Shown: piece by piece, positions 34,351 through 45,797 of the stretch
Layout: every line of letters starts with the position of its first letter
Position numbering within the stretch: the stretch's first letter is position 1
NCBI GenBank assembly: GCA_033442325.1
Contig: JAWQFM010000022.1
Coordinates: forward strand, 1,165,313-1,211,109
Source: Salpingoeca rosetta
Taxonomy: Eukaryota > Protista > Choanoflagellata
Reading direction: 5' to 3'
DNA length: 45,797 nucleotides
The notes under the pieces: model-generated
The model's database searches: none
Told to the model about the DNA's origin: nothing
The model's input: the letters and a program-made list of their open reading frames with translations, nothing else
Position numbers and translations under genes: made by a program

Positions 34351-35560
34351 ATGTTGAAACGCGCTGGTGGGGCAAACTCATCGCCCAACATTGTGTGAGT
34401 ACACTGGTGTGTATGTGTGCGTGTGTGCGTGTGTGCGTGTGTGCGTGTGTACGTGTGTACGTGTGTACGTGTATGTGTGTGTGCTGTTGCCCAAGACGCC
34501 ACTTCCATCTACTTCCTGCCACACATTGACGCAGTCACACATTCACAAGTTTGCACACACACACACTCCTATACACCACAAATGCACACAACGACACTCG
34601 CATACTACATGACCACACCCACAATACGCCCTTTACAGCAACATTGTGGCAACGGCACACTTGAGTAGAACACAGTTAAAACTGGAGGAGATTGCAGAGA
34701 AGGCGAAAAACTCAGAGTACAACCCAAAGCGATACAGCGCCATCATCATGCGGATCAAAGAGCCCTCGGCAACAGCCCTCATCTTCTCCACGGGCAAAGT
34801 GGTCATCATGGGTGCCAAAAGGTGTGTTCATACGTATGCGTGACTGAGACGCGACTCGCTCACACCGACTTAGAATGGTCTCGTGGGCTTGCTTTGTGTT
34901 TATGTGCGTGTGTTGGTATGTGCTTGTGTGCGCGTGTGTTGGGAGTGTGTTAGGTGTGTTTTCATGCGTTTGTACATGCATGCGTGTGAAATCAATCTGA
35001 TGCTGTGGTGTGTGCTGCTTCTCTGTCTGTGCAATTGTTTGGCAGCGAGGAAGCTGCTCACGCTGCGGCACGACAGTTTGCACAGAACATCACAAAGGCG
35101 GGAACTCGGGTGTGTTTGCTGGGCGCGATGTGTGTGTGTGTGTGGGGGGGGGGGCGGTTGCACTTGTTGGAGAGTTGCGCGCTGTGGATGCTGGTGCTGA
35201 CTTGATTGTTGTGCCCCACACAGTCACTCCTCACGCCACGCGTTGCCTTGCTTTTTGCTTCTGCGTGCGCGCCCGCTTTTCAGGTGTCTTTGCGAGAGAT
35301 TAAGATACACAACGTCGTCGGCCGGTGAGCGTGGTGTTGACGTGCTGGTTGTGTGTGTGTGTGTGTGCGTGTGTGTGTGTCAGCGTCAACGTGAATGGCT
35401 GCGTCTTTGCCTGATGCACCTGCAAACAGCGACAAAAGTCGGCATGCACACGTGCACGCAGATGCACACACACACACAGACACACACACACAGACACACA
35501 GACACACGCACACAGCCACACACACACACAGACACAGACACAGACACAGACACAGACACA

Positions 35561-35617
<57 letters not shown>

Positions 35618-36148
35618 ACACACGATGTCCATGCGCTCCGTCTGTGTGCAGGGTGGACATTGGCTTCAAGCTACATCTCGACAACCTGCATGTTGAGCAT
35701 CCAGCGTGGTCAACATATGATCCAGAATCGTTTCCGGGCCTCACATATCGCATGCAGGAGCCAGATGTTGTTCTCCTCATCTTCCACAGGTGCCACGCCG
35801 GGGGGGGGGGATAGGAGTGTGGTGTGGTTGTGGTGCGACATGTCGTGTACGTGTGTGTGCGTGCGAGTGCGCGTGTTTGTGTGCGTCTGTACGTGTTTGA
35901 TCCATGCGTGTGCGTGCGTGTGCGTGTACGTGTTTGATCCATGTGTGCGTGTGTGTTTGCTGGACGATTGTTCAACCAACTACGCACGACTCATCCTTGC
36001 TTCCCTTCCTGTTCGCCACGGCCGCAACCGCGAACGCGACTGCAGTGGGAAGATTGTGCTCACAAAGGCAAAGTAGGCAAAGTCCAAAGACGACGTGGAG
36101 CGGGCGTACAGGAAAATATACCCGCTCCTCGTGAAATTTAAAGTGTAG
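34351..36148 (+). pseudogene. Divergent TATA-binding protein paralog with an in-frame TAG at 36074-36076 (pseudogene, truncated allele or assembly error)
   Basis: Exons 34351-34394, 34639-34821, 35046-35109, 35284-35324, 35652-35789 and 36046-36148 give both TBP repeats: NIVATAHL...[38 protein letters not shown]...KIHNVVGRVDIGF...[57 protein letters not shown]. TBP-family identity is strong; pseudogene status is uncertain. Confidence 0.7.
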
Positions 36149-36486
36149 CACGTGCATGCGTGTATGCGTGTATGCGTGTGTGTGTGTGTGTGTGTGTGTG
36201 CGTGTGTGTTTTCGTGCGTGCGTGTGTGTTTTCGTGCGTGCGTGTGTGTGTGATTTCAGCTGTGCCATCGCGACTGTTACTCTCTACCGCTGTGTGAGCG
36301 CCATCATTGCGGCCTGTGCTGCTGTACATATGTCAACAGCTTGTGGCTTTCATGTCTGCTTTGTTTGATAAAGGAAGCAATTGAGACGCCCCGAAGGGGG
36401 GAATGCAAGCTAAAACTGAATAACATTGGGGTGGCGAGACAGGGGGAGGGGGATTCATGACAACTCCTGGCACGGCCACCCCAGTA

Positions 36487-38327
36487 TCAATGACTTGACT
36501 CATCCGCAGTATCACCACCTTGCGTAGCGCCTCCGTTGTTCTCATCATCACCGTCATGATCATCACCATGATCACCATCACCATGATCACCATCACCATG
36601 ATCACCATCACCATGATCACCATCACCGTTGCTTGCCTTCTTCATGACTGTCTTCACCACGGTCCTCAGTCGATCAATGAACACATCCACATCCACCTCG
36701 TCCTGTAATTCCCGCGGTATGGAGTGCGTGCGTGCGTGAGTGAGTGAGCGTGAGTGAGTACAATACTTCTCTCCACTTCCCGCCCCTTGCACTCCACCAT
36801 TCATCCATGCATCACGCCGGCCTTTCCTCCACCCACAGCGGCTCCAACCTCAGTGAGTCCGACCGCCGCCGCCGCCGTCATGTACGGTACCGGGTACTCG
36901 TCCACGTGCGCCCCGTACCCCTGATGGCGATCAACGTCAAGGTCGTTGGTTGGTCACAAAAGCAAAGCAGAGGCGCAGAGCGTGTCACACATGACTGATT
37001 GCGATCAATTGAAGCGTTGTCCTGTCAACAACTCCACCCCTGGCCCAGTTCTCCTCCACCGACTCCACACCGCGGCACGCGCCCACCTTGAACGTGATGC
37101 CGGCCACTTCCTTGGTCGCCGTTGTCGACACAACCCTGAACGCGGACCACGGGTGAACAAGTGCCGTCCGGAAAAGCATTGGCAATGACGGGATGGGGAG
37201 GCGTGGGGTCAGATATGGCACGAATGCAACGGAATCAAACCCAAACAGAGGCCAGAGCACCACTCTCAAGGCCAACAGCTGTTTCTTAGCGACCACCTTG
37301 TGCCAGAGACGCGGCGAGCGAAGAGCATTGAGCCGAAGAAGGTCACGTCCTGCTGCTGCCGCTGCAGTGCACGCGCTATCCCAGACAGTGACATGGCTGC
37401 GGCGCATTGGCAATTGTGAATGAACATGAACATGGCGGTGAACACACGTCAGAAAACACAACCAGCAAATCACAAAGACTCTCACAGCTATAGCAGAGAG
37501 AGAGGCAAAGAAACCCCTATCATCATCATCATCATGGTGATGATCATCATCATTGTCACCACCACCCACCGCATGAGATTGGGTTGTTTGGGACGGCCAG
37601 CACGCGTTCACCAAACTCTGCCGCCGCCGCCGCCAATTTGGAACGCAGGTACACCATCAGCTCCTGGTGGGGTTGGATGATGACCAGGGTAGTAGGGGTG
37701 GTGGTGTCGGGGTGGAAATGTGGAGAGGTAAACGACGCAAGACAACTGCATGTGTGCCGTATGATCTCAGGATGATTACACAGCGTTCGCAGCAGGTGCC
37801 TGTCTGACCTTTCGTCTCTTGACCAGCCGCATGTACCCTTCCTCTCCAAGGTGCAGCAGCGTCACAAACACATCCACGACCGGCGCTGAGCTCGCCCGCC
37901 CTGCACCCGAACAGAAAAAGAAGGGGGGGGGCAGAGATGGGGAGCAGAGAGTGTGTATGTGTGTATGTGTGTATGTGTGTGTATGTGTGTGAATGTGTGT
38001 GTGTTTGTGTGTGTATGCGTGTGTATGTGTGTGTGTATGTGCGTTTGTATGTGTGTATGTGTGTGTGTATGTGTGTGTGTATGTGTATGTGCGTGTGTGT
38101 GTATGTGTGTGTACGTATGTGTGTGTATGTGTATGTGTGTATGTGTGATCGACAGCATCAGGGCACAGACACACACGCACACAGACATGGCCAACAACAT
38201 GTCTTCCATTTCGTCTGTGGGAACGCATCTCTCCAAATGTGTGACCTGGATATGTCTTGCTGATTGCTGTGATGAAGTCCTTTGAAGGGCTGGCAATGAC
38301 ACCGCCGCCAACCGGAACGAGGAGATT
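36487..38327 (-). pseudogene. SEPSECS: O-phosphoseryl-tRNA(Sec) selenium transferase (SepSecS), C-terminal half only
   Basis: Exons 38327-38246, 37900-37809, 37663-37570, 37396-37297, 37135-37087, 36920-36849 and 36702-36487 give NLLVPVGGGVIA...YPGRASSAPVVDVFVTLLHLG...GERVLAVPNNPISCAMSL...FGSMLFARRVSGTRVV...YPVPYMTAAAAVG...VDVFIDRL. No N-terminal exons were found in the window. Identity is strong; the reason for the truncation is unknown. Confidence 0.8.
36561..36626 (-). repeat. 15-nt coding minisatellite encoding (GDGDH)x4 in the SepSecS C-terminal tail
   Basis: The + strand has repeated atcaccatgatcacc units; minus-strand translation is GDGDHGDGDHGDGDHGDGDHGDDH. Confidence 0.85.
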
Positions 38328-38372
38328 CTGCACACATACACATGTGGTTGGCATCAGGGTAAGATGCGACAA

Positions 38373-39967
<1,595 letters not shown>

Positions 39968-40444
39968 ATGCACGGGAGACACTTCGATGACATGACGGGT
40001 GATTTGCAAACATGTCGCAGGCATGACGAGGTGCGCATGCGTTTCTGCACAGACACAGACACAGACACACACACACACCACTTTACATATCGCGTGCTCA
40101 GGTGTTGGGAAGCGTCATTTATTGGTTGTTTGGTGTGCGTGCAAACCACGACACAAGGGAGTGGGAGCCGATTATGTGCAGTCTTGGGGAACATATGTAT
40201 GCGCGGTGGTTGGCAAAAGCAGTCCGTTAAACGTGTGCATCAACAAGTAACAAGCGATAACAATAGAGCCATAAGAGAAAACAAAACATAAAACCAAAAC
40301 CAAAAACACATCAATGATGGGGAGAACAAGGCGCGCGTGCGCCAGACCAGGGTGTGGGTGTGGCATTGAATCCACAAGACGCCACGGTGTCTGAAGGTAC
40401 AAAATTAGGGAGGACAGAAACCACAAGAAGAAAACGAGGCACAA

Positions 40445-40503
40445 GAAGAAGAAGAAGAAGAAGAAGAAGAAGAAGAAGAAGAAGAAGAAGAAGAAGAAGA
40501 AAG
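40445..40503. repeat. (GAA/TTC)n microsatellite just 3' of the kinase stop codon
   Basis: Pure agaagaaga... tract. Confidence 0.9.
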
Positions 40504-40509
40504 CATCGC

Positions 40510-43083
40510 TCAAAATGCGGTGGACTCGTCCATATCTGGGCAGGTGGCCGAGTCGGCAGAGATGAGGGAGATGGAGGACGTGCAGCTGAGCGCCGCCACC
40601 TTCGCCATGACATGTCGCTGCTGCTGTGCACTCATCCCGGCCACCGAATGGCGACCACTTCGCGTGCGGCGACTCGACGGCGACGACGATGGTGCCATGC
40701 TCTTCACCTGGGATGTGCGCATTGACGTAACGGCAGCAGTTGCAGGGGAGCGTGTTCCCGCCGTTGGTGCCGGCGTCTTCATCGGCGCCGTCGTGGTCGC
40801 TGATCCCGTGACGGCCCGGTCCCTGGCGCTGTGGCGGTCGAACGTGCCGTCCAACCCCTCGTCCTCCGTCGTGCTCAGGTCCTGCCGCGACTGCCACACG
40901 CTGCGCGGCGTGCACACGGGCAGCGTGGACCGCAGCGGACTCAGCGCGCTCGTGCCGGCCCCGCGGTGGTGATGGCGGCGGGGCGACGATGGCGACGGCG
41001 ATCCGACGGCGGTCGGGGTTCCAGAATGGTGGCGCCGGCGTTGCTGCTGCTGGTGGTGCTGCGCAGAGGCAGATGCGGGGCGAACGGCACCTTTGACGGG
41101 CGGTGATGAAATGCCTGCATCACCGCTGGTCCGTCTGCTTGCAGGCAAGCTTCGGCCACCCCTGACTGCGTACGTGGGGGTGGCTGTGGCCGTGTGCGGG
41201 CGCGTGGTCTTGCTGGTGGCGGGGCGGCGAATGGGAGACGCTAGTGGCGATGACGCCGGCGGCCGGGCTGTCACCGCATGTGCAGTGGTGGGACGAGAGA
41301 GCGCCTTTCCTGCGATCGTCGTCGTTGTAGGGGTAGGAGTTGTTCCTGTGCACCGCTTTGTGGCGGTGATGGCAGTCGTTGTTCCATTCGCGGGAACAGA
41401 CGGCCGTCTGCGCCTGCGCCGCTGCTGCGATGACGATGCAGTTGTTGTTGATGCAGTTGTTGTTGTGGCGGTGGCAGTGGTGGGGGCGAAGGAGGGGTTG
41501 CGCGAAGGAGAGCAGGAGGAAGATGACGAGGGGGAGGAGGAGGACGCGGAGTTTGAGTATGGTGTGGCTGATGATGAGGTGGCGCTTGGCGCTGCGGGTG
41601 CACAGCGGACGCCGCTGCTGACGCCAGCACGACTGTCTGTTGCACTGCCGCGACTGACATCGCCCGCGTGCGCGTGCGCGTGCGCCTGTGAGCGTGCGGC
41701 TGCCTTGGCTGCGGCTGCTGCTGCCTGCGCGGCCATGACCTCCTCCTGGGAGCGGAACCAGGTGGTGCGCGGGGCGTCGTGGGCGAAGAACGCGGCCACC
41801 TGCGCCATGGACCACCGCTGTGCCTCAACCGGATGCAGCATGCCGTGCACCGCGTCCAGCAGCGGCCGCGTCAGCAGCACAAACGGGTGGCGGTGCGCCG
41901 CAAACCCGCCCCGCTGCACATACGCGCGGTAGTCTGCATCTGCCATGCGCGCCTTGTCCCACGGCAGGTCTGCAAACAGCATGGCGTACAGCACCAGGCC
42001 CAGCCCCCACACGTCCACGCCGGCCGTGTATGTGTATGCGCACGTGCATTGGCGGTCGCCGTGGGCCGGGGTGGCCCCGCAGCTCTTGTTGCGCCGGTGC
42101 CGCCGCATGACACATGCTGCTGATGACGCCGACGAGGACGACGACGACGGCGGTGGCACTGGCGCGCGGGGCCCCGCCGTTGCTGTTGTGGTTGCTGTTG
42201 CGCAGATGGGACACGCGTCGACCGGGGTGGCCGCAGCCTCGACCAGCAGCTGCTCCGGGGCCATGTAGCACGATGTGCCCGGCAGCGGGGGGCGTGCGCG
42301 GGCGCCGATGCTGCGGGCGAGGCCAAAGTCGCACAGCTTGACGTTGTCGCGCAGGTCCAGCAGCACGTTCTCTGGCTTGACGTCTGCGTGGGTGAGGCTG
42401 TGGTGGTCATGGATGTAGAGGAGGGCGCTGCTGAGCTGGTGCATCCACCGCCGCACAAAGGGCTCCGTCAGCGGCGTGGGCGCGTCGGGCTTGAGCCGCT
42501 CGTAGAGGTCGGCCGGCGCTGCCAGCTCCATGGCCAGGAACGTGGCGTGTGGGGTGTGGAAGGCGTCAAAGGTGCGGATGATGTTGGGGTGGGAGAGGGC
42601 GGTGCAGATGGCTGCCTCGTGCGTGGCCACATCAATGTGCACGTCGCGATCGGCCCGGTCGTGTCTGCTGTCGTTGTGCCGGCGCTGCCGGCGTGCAGCC
42701 GTCTGAACAGTCGATGACGATGAGGAGCGGGCAATTTGTTTCACGGCCACGTCGCGCTTGCAGATGTGGTCGTATGCGTGGTACACGGTTGCATACGCGC
42801 CGGAGCCGAGCTGGCGCTTGACGGTGTAGCGCGAGGACGGCAGGTGCGCCATGGAACCCGTGTTGAACCAGGCTGCAGTGGTGCTGTTGATGACATCCAT
42901 GCTGGCGGTGCTGGCAGTGCTGCCGATGCGTGCGTGGCGTGCTGCTGACGATGGCGATGATGCTGATGGCGAAAGGTCACCGCAGAGTGGAAGGCCGTCG
43001 CTGTCCACGCGGGGCACGTCCTGCGATGGTGGGTAGCGTGCTGCGACGTGCCAGGTGTCGTCTTCTTCGACGAGCTGCTTCTG

Positions 43084-43124
<41 letters not shown>

Positions 43125-43293
43125 AGGATGAAAATGGCGGTGGTTGTGGTGCCGTTGTTATGTGCCTGTGGGCGGCTGTGGTGCTGCTCAATGGACGCAG
43201 GGTGACGGTTGCCGCAGGGTTCTTTGTTAGAGTGGCGGTTGAAGGTGGTGCTGGAGCGGGGCGGGAGGGGGAAATAATAACCTCGGCGGGCAT
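40510..43293 (-). CDS. Ser/Thr protein kinase, SBK (NKF1)-like, single exon, with a long S/T/P-rich tail
   Basis: Open frame with first ATG at 43293. Motifs LGSGAYATV, VAVK, HADVKPENVLL, DFG, GTSCYMAPE and GVDVWGLGLVLYAMLFADLPW. ADLYERLKP...LTEPFVRRWMHQLSSAL and GVDVW...PW resemble SBK1; the subfamily call is less certain than the kinase call. Confidence 0.88.
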
Positions 43294-44362
43294 TGTTGTG
43301 GCTGCGGTGGGTGGTTGCGTGTCGTGGATTGCGAGGACGGTTGCAGGAACGTGCTCATGCAATCCAACCAACTGGCACGAGAGGGCGGGGAGCGAGGGAG
43401 TGGGCCGCGCCTTGCGTGTGCTGCTGCTGCTGCTGCGCGGGTGGCGTTGTCGCTTTGGTTCGGTGCGCGGTTTTGTTTCGTGATTCGCACCCGAAGGGGG
43501 TCAGCAAGCAAGCAAGCAAGCTAGCTGGGAGGGAATGCCTCAGTTGTGGGTGGGTGGGAGGAAGGCAGCCACGAGCATGCACGCGCAATTGCAACCCTGG
43601 CAATCGAACACAACTCGGGTGTGTTGGTGTCGCAGAAATAAATGCTCGCTGTGATGAGAGGGAGCGGCTCAGGAATGTTCGATTGATTGGCAGACTGGCT
43701 GCTGGCTGCTGGCTGCTGGCGCTGTGGTGTGTTGCTTGGGTGGTTGGTTGTATGATTGTTTGCAGCCGTGATTGTTTGCAGAAGATGCGGGTAGGGTGTG
43801 TTGCGCGATTGTTTCGGTCGCTGGGTCTGCGAGCATGAATGCGAAAGCGCGTGCGTGGTTGTGTTTATGTTCGCGTGTTTGTGTTTCAATGGTGTGTGTG
43901 AGAGAGTGAGTGTGAGAGAGAAGTTGGGGTGTGTGGATGCAGCAGGAGCAATGCGCGCTGCGCGATGGCGCGTGTGTGTGTGTGTGTGTGCGTGCGTGTG
44001 TGCGTGTGTGTGAATTGCGCTACACATACACAAATGCACACCCACCTACACATCCACAAAAGCTACACACACACACACACCTACACACATACATGCATCG
44101 TTCCACACACTCACTCACCACCAGGCTGCTCTCGAGGGTGGTGCCGTTATTATGTGTAGCGTTTGGATTGGTCTGAATGAGAATGAACATCGATGCTGCG
44201 GTGAATGAATGATGACGCGACGGCATGCATGGCGGGCACCACCGCAGCCATTGGTGGCCAGCCTCTGCAAAAGCAAGCGTGGAGCAGCAGATGGTGCTTT
44301 GTTTGTGCTTTGTGCTTTGTTTGTGTGTCCGCCGCACCCGTCGCCACTGGTGGCGTTCAATG

Positions 44363-44425
44363 GACCAATCACAGCGCACGATTGCCCGGGTGAGAATAAA
44401 AAAAAACAGCAACTGACCAATCACA
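44363..44425 (+). promoter_or_regulatory. Two CCAAT (NF-Y-type) boxes upstream of AATF
   Basis: Identical 11-mer gaccaatcaca at 44363 and 44415, fitting RRCCAATSR, about 190-250 nt upstream of ATG 44609. Confidence 0.45.
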
Positions 44426-44608
44426 ACACACTATACATCGCCGTTTCGTTCGCCACCCGCGTCCACTCGTCATCGGTACTTTTCGCATGCAATCTATTTA
44501 TGGTGTCTGGCGAGTGCACCATCGTGCATCGAATCAGTAGAGCCAGGTTGTTATTTATTTTGTGCAGCAGCAGCAGACTACACGTGGTGCAAGCAGACAA
44601 GCAGAGAT

Positions 44609-45194
44609 ATGGAAGCCAGGAAGGAGAAAGGGCTGCACGCGGCCCGGCAGCTGCACGCGGGCGCATCGCTCTTCTCCACACGCATCGCCCTGCAGGTGCG
44701 GTGTGGCTGTGTGTGTATGAAGCGTTTTGTGTGTGTTGGTGTGTATGTTGGTGTGTGTATGTGTGTGTTGGTGTGTGTGTGTATGTGTGTGTTGGTGTGT
44801 GTGTGTGCTTGTTTGTGAGTGAGCGTTTGTTCTTTGCGCCCGCGCTGCCAGAATTAGTCTTGCAAGTGCACGGCCCTTTTCGTCAGTGACGACGAAACTT
44901 ACGCACCCCACAACGCACACCCCCACAGAAAGCGGTGGCTCCCATTACAACGCTGACGCCAACCACGACCCTGAAGGAACACGACGAGACACATGCCGAA
45001 GAAGCAAAGTCAGCCACTGATGCTTGCGCCTGCCTGTGTGCAGCTGAACATGCTTGTGTTTAGCGGCAAATTTTGTGTGTGCGTGTCTGTGGGCGTGTGT
45101 GTGTGCACATGTTAGATGACTCCCCTGCACGTCGCGCTTCCCTTTTGTCCTGTATCTACGTGCGCTTGTGCGCGTGATTTCCGCACCCTCACGT

Positions 45195-45258
<64 letters not shown>

Positions 45259-45797
45259 CAACACTCTCTCACACACACATATCACAGGCACAAGCTGACG
45301 CGGCTTGCATGGCACATTGCGCAGCTGCAGCAGGAAATGTTGGATGCGCTTGCACCGAGCAGCGAGGCAGAGAATGACAACAAAAACGAGGAAGATGAGG
45401 AGCAAGACAAAAACGACAAGGACGAGGATGAGGATGACGATGCTAATGAAAGTGATGAGGATGAGGATAGGGATGAGGATGAGACGGGCGAGAGGAAGAG
45501 CAAGAAGGCGAAGCGGCTCACCACGCCGTTTACGGTCATCGAGGATGAAGACGCACAGCTCGCTGCCATGGAGGCAGCATGCCGGCGACACCACGACAGG
45601 TCTGTGCACACGTGTGTGTGTGTGTGCGTGTGTGTGTGTGTGCGTGTCTTAATCTTGTGCACCTGTGTGGGCTTGTTGATACAGTGTTGATGTTCCTCAC
45701 CTTGCACGCACGATTACGCACACGTGGCAGGCTGATGCCCTACATCAGCAAAACCGTGGACAAATGGCACATGAAGACTCGTCTTGCTGGTATGAGC
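44609..45797 (+). CDS. AATF: AATF/Che-1/Bfr2 nucleolar protein, partial (continues past the window)
   Basis: Exons 44609-44695, 44929-45008, 45288-45599 and 45731-end join in frame. EKGLHAARQLHAGASLFSTRIALQKAVAPITTL resembles [33 protein letters not shown]; after an acidic loop, PYISKTVDKWHMKTRLAG resembles YRNRTLQKWHDKTKLASG. Confidence 0.72.

Noticed and set aside
22152-36076. Idea of a variant genetic code or selenocysteine recoding linking the sulfatase TGA, the TBP TAG and SepSecS
   Set aside because: TGA and TAG end many intact genes here (TRMT11, SAS-6, DPAGT1, EIF6); Sec uses UGA at Cys-equivalent sites rather than Trp; and the TAG is explained by a duplication.
36561-36626. CRISPR-like or regularly spaced repeats
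   Set aside because: Direct tandem units without spacers, in a eukaryotic coding tail.
38334-38372. tacacatgtggttggcatcag as a degenerate YTGAGIS of SIRT7
   Set aside because: It needs a frameshift, substitutions and three extra codons, and the same bases read as the SepSecS intron branch/acceptor region on the minus strand.
43400-44560. Possible location of the missing SepSecS 5' exons (interleaved gene)
   Set aside because: No SepSecS N-terminal motifs (MDSNN, GIGRSGD, QPKAAGS, WPRIDQKSC) are recognisable on the minus strand.

Overview
Eukaryotic, intron-rich genomic DNA with (GT)n/(CA)n microsatellites in most introns and two N gaps. The repeat style plus animal-like genes suggests a choanoflagellate such as Salpingoeca (inference). 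Most long ORFs in the track are repeat artefacts. Splicing by hand at GT-AG boundaries gives about 15 genes, in order: TRMT11 (3' part), SAS-6 with a long N-terminal extension, ABHD11 (-), a polyQ bZIP factor, eIF6, NIP7 (-), an arylsulfatase B-like gene, a C2H2/C2HC zinc-finger gene, DPAGT1, ESF2/ABT1 (-), a divergent TBP paralog, the 3' half of SepSecS (-), the 3' part of SIRT7, an SBK-like kinase (-) and AATF/Bfr2 (runs off the end). The most unusual points are: (1) SepSecS and SIRT7 both lack their 5' ends and meet back-to-back within about 45 nt, with no gap; (2) the TBP paralog has an in-frame TAG created by a 9-nt tandem duplication and sits head-to-head with ABT1; (3) the sulfatase has an in-frame TGA at a conserved Trp; (4) many introns carry 5' GT and 3' CA complementary repeats and lack a polypyrimidine tract; (5) several ribosome-biogenesis genes lie close together. 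Homology calls come from recalled family motifs, not from database searches.
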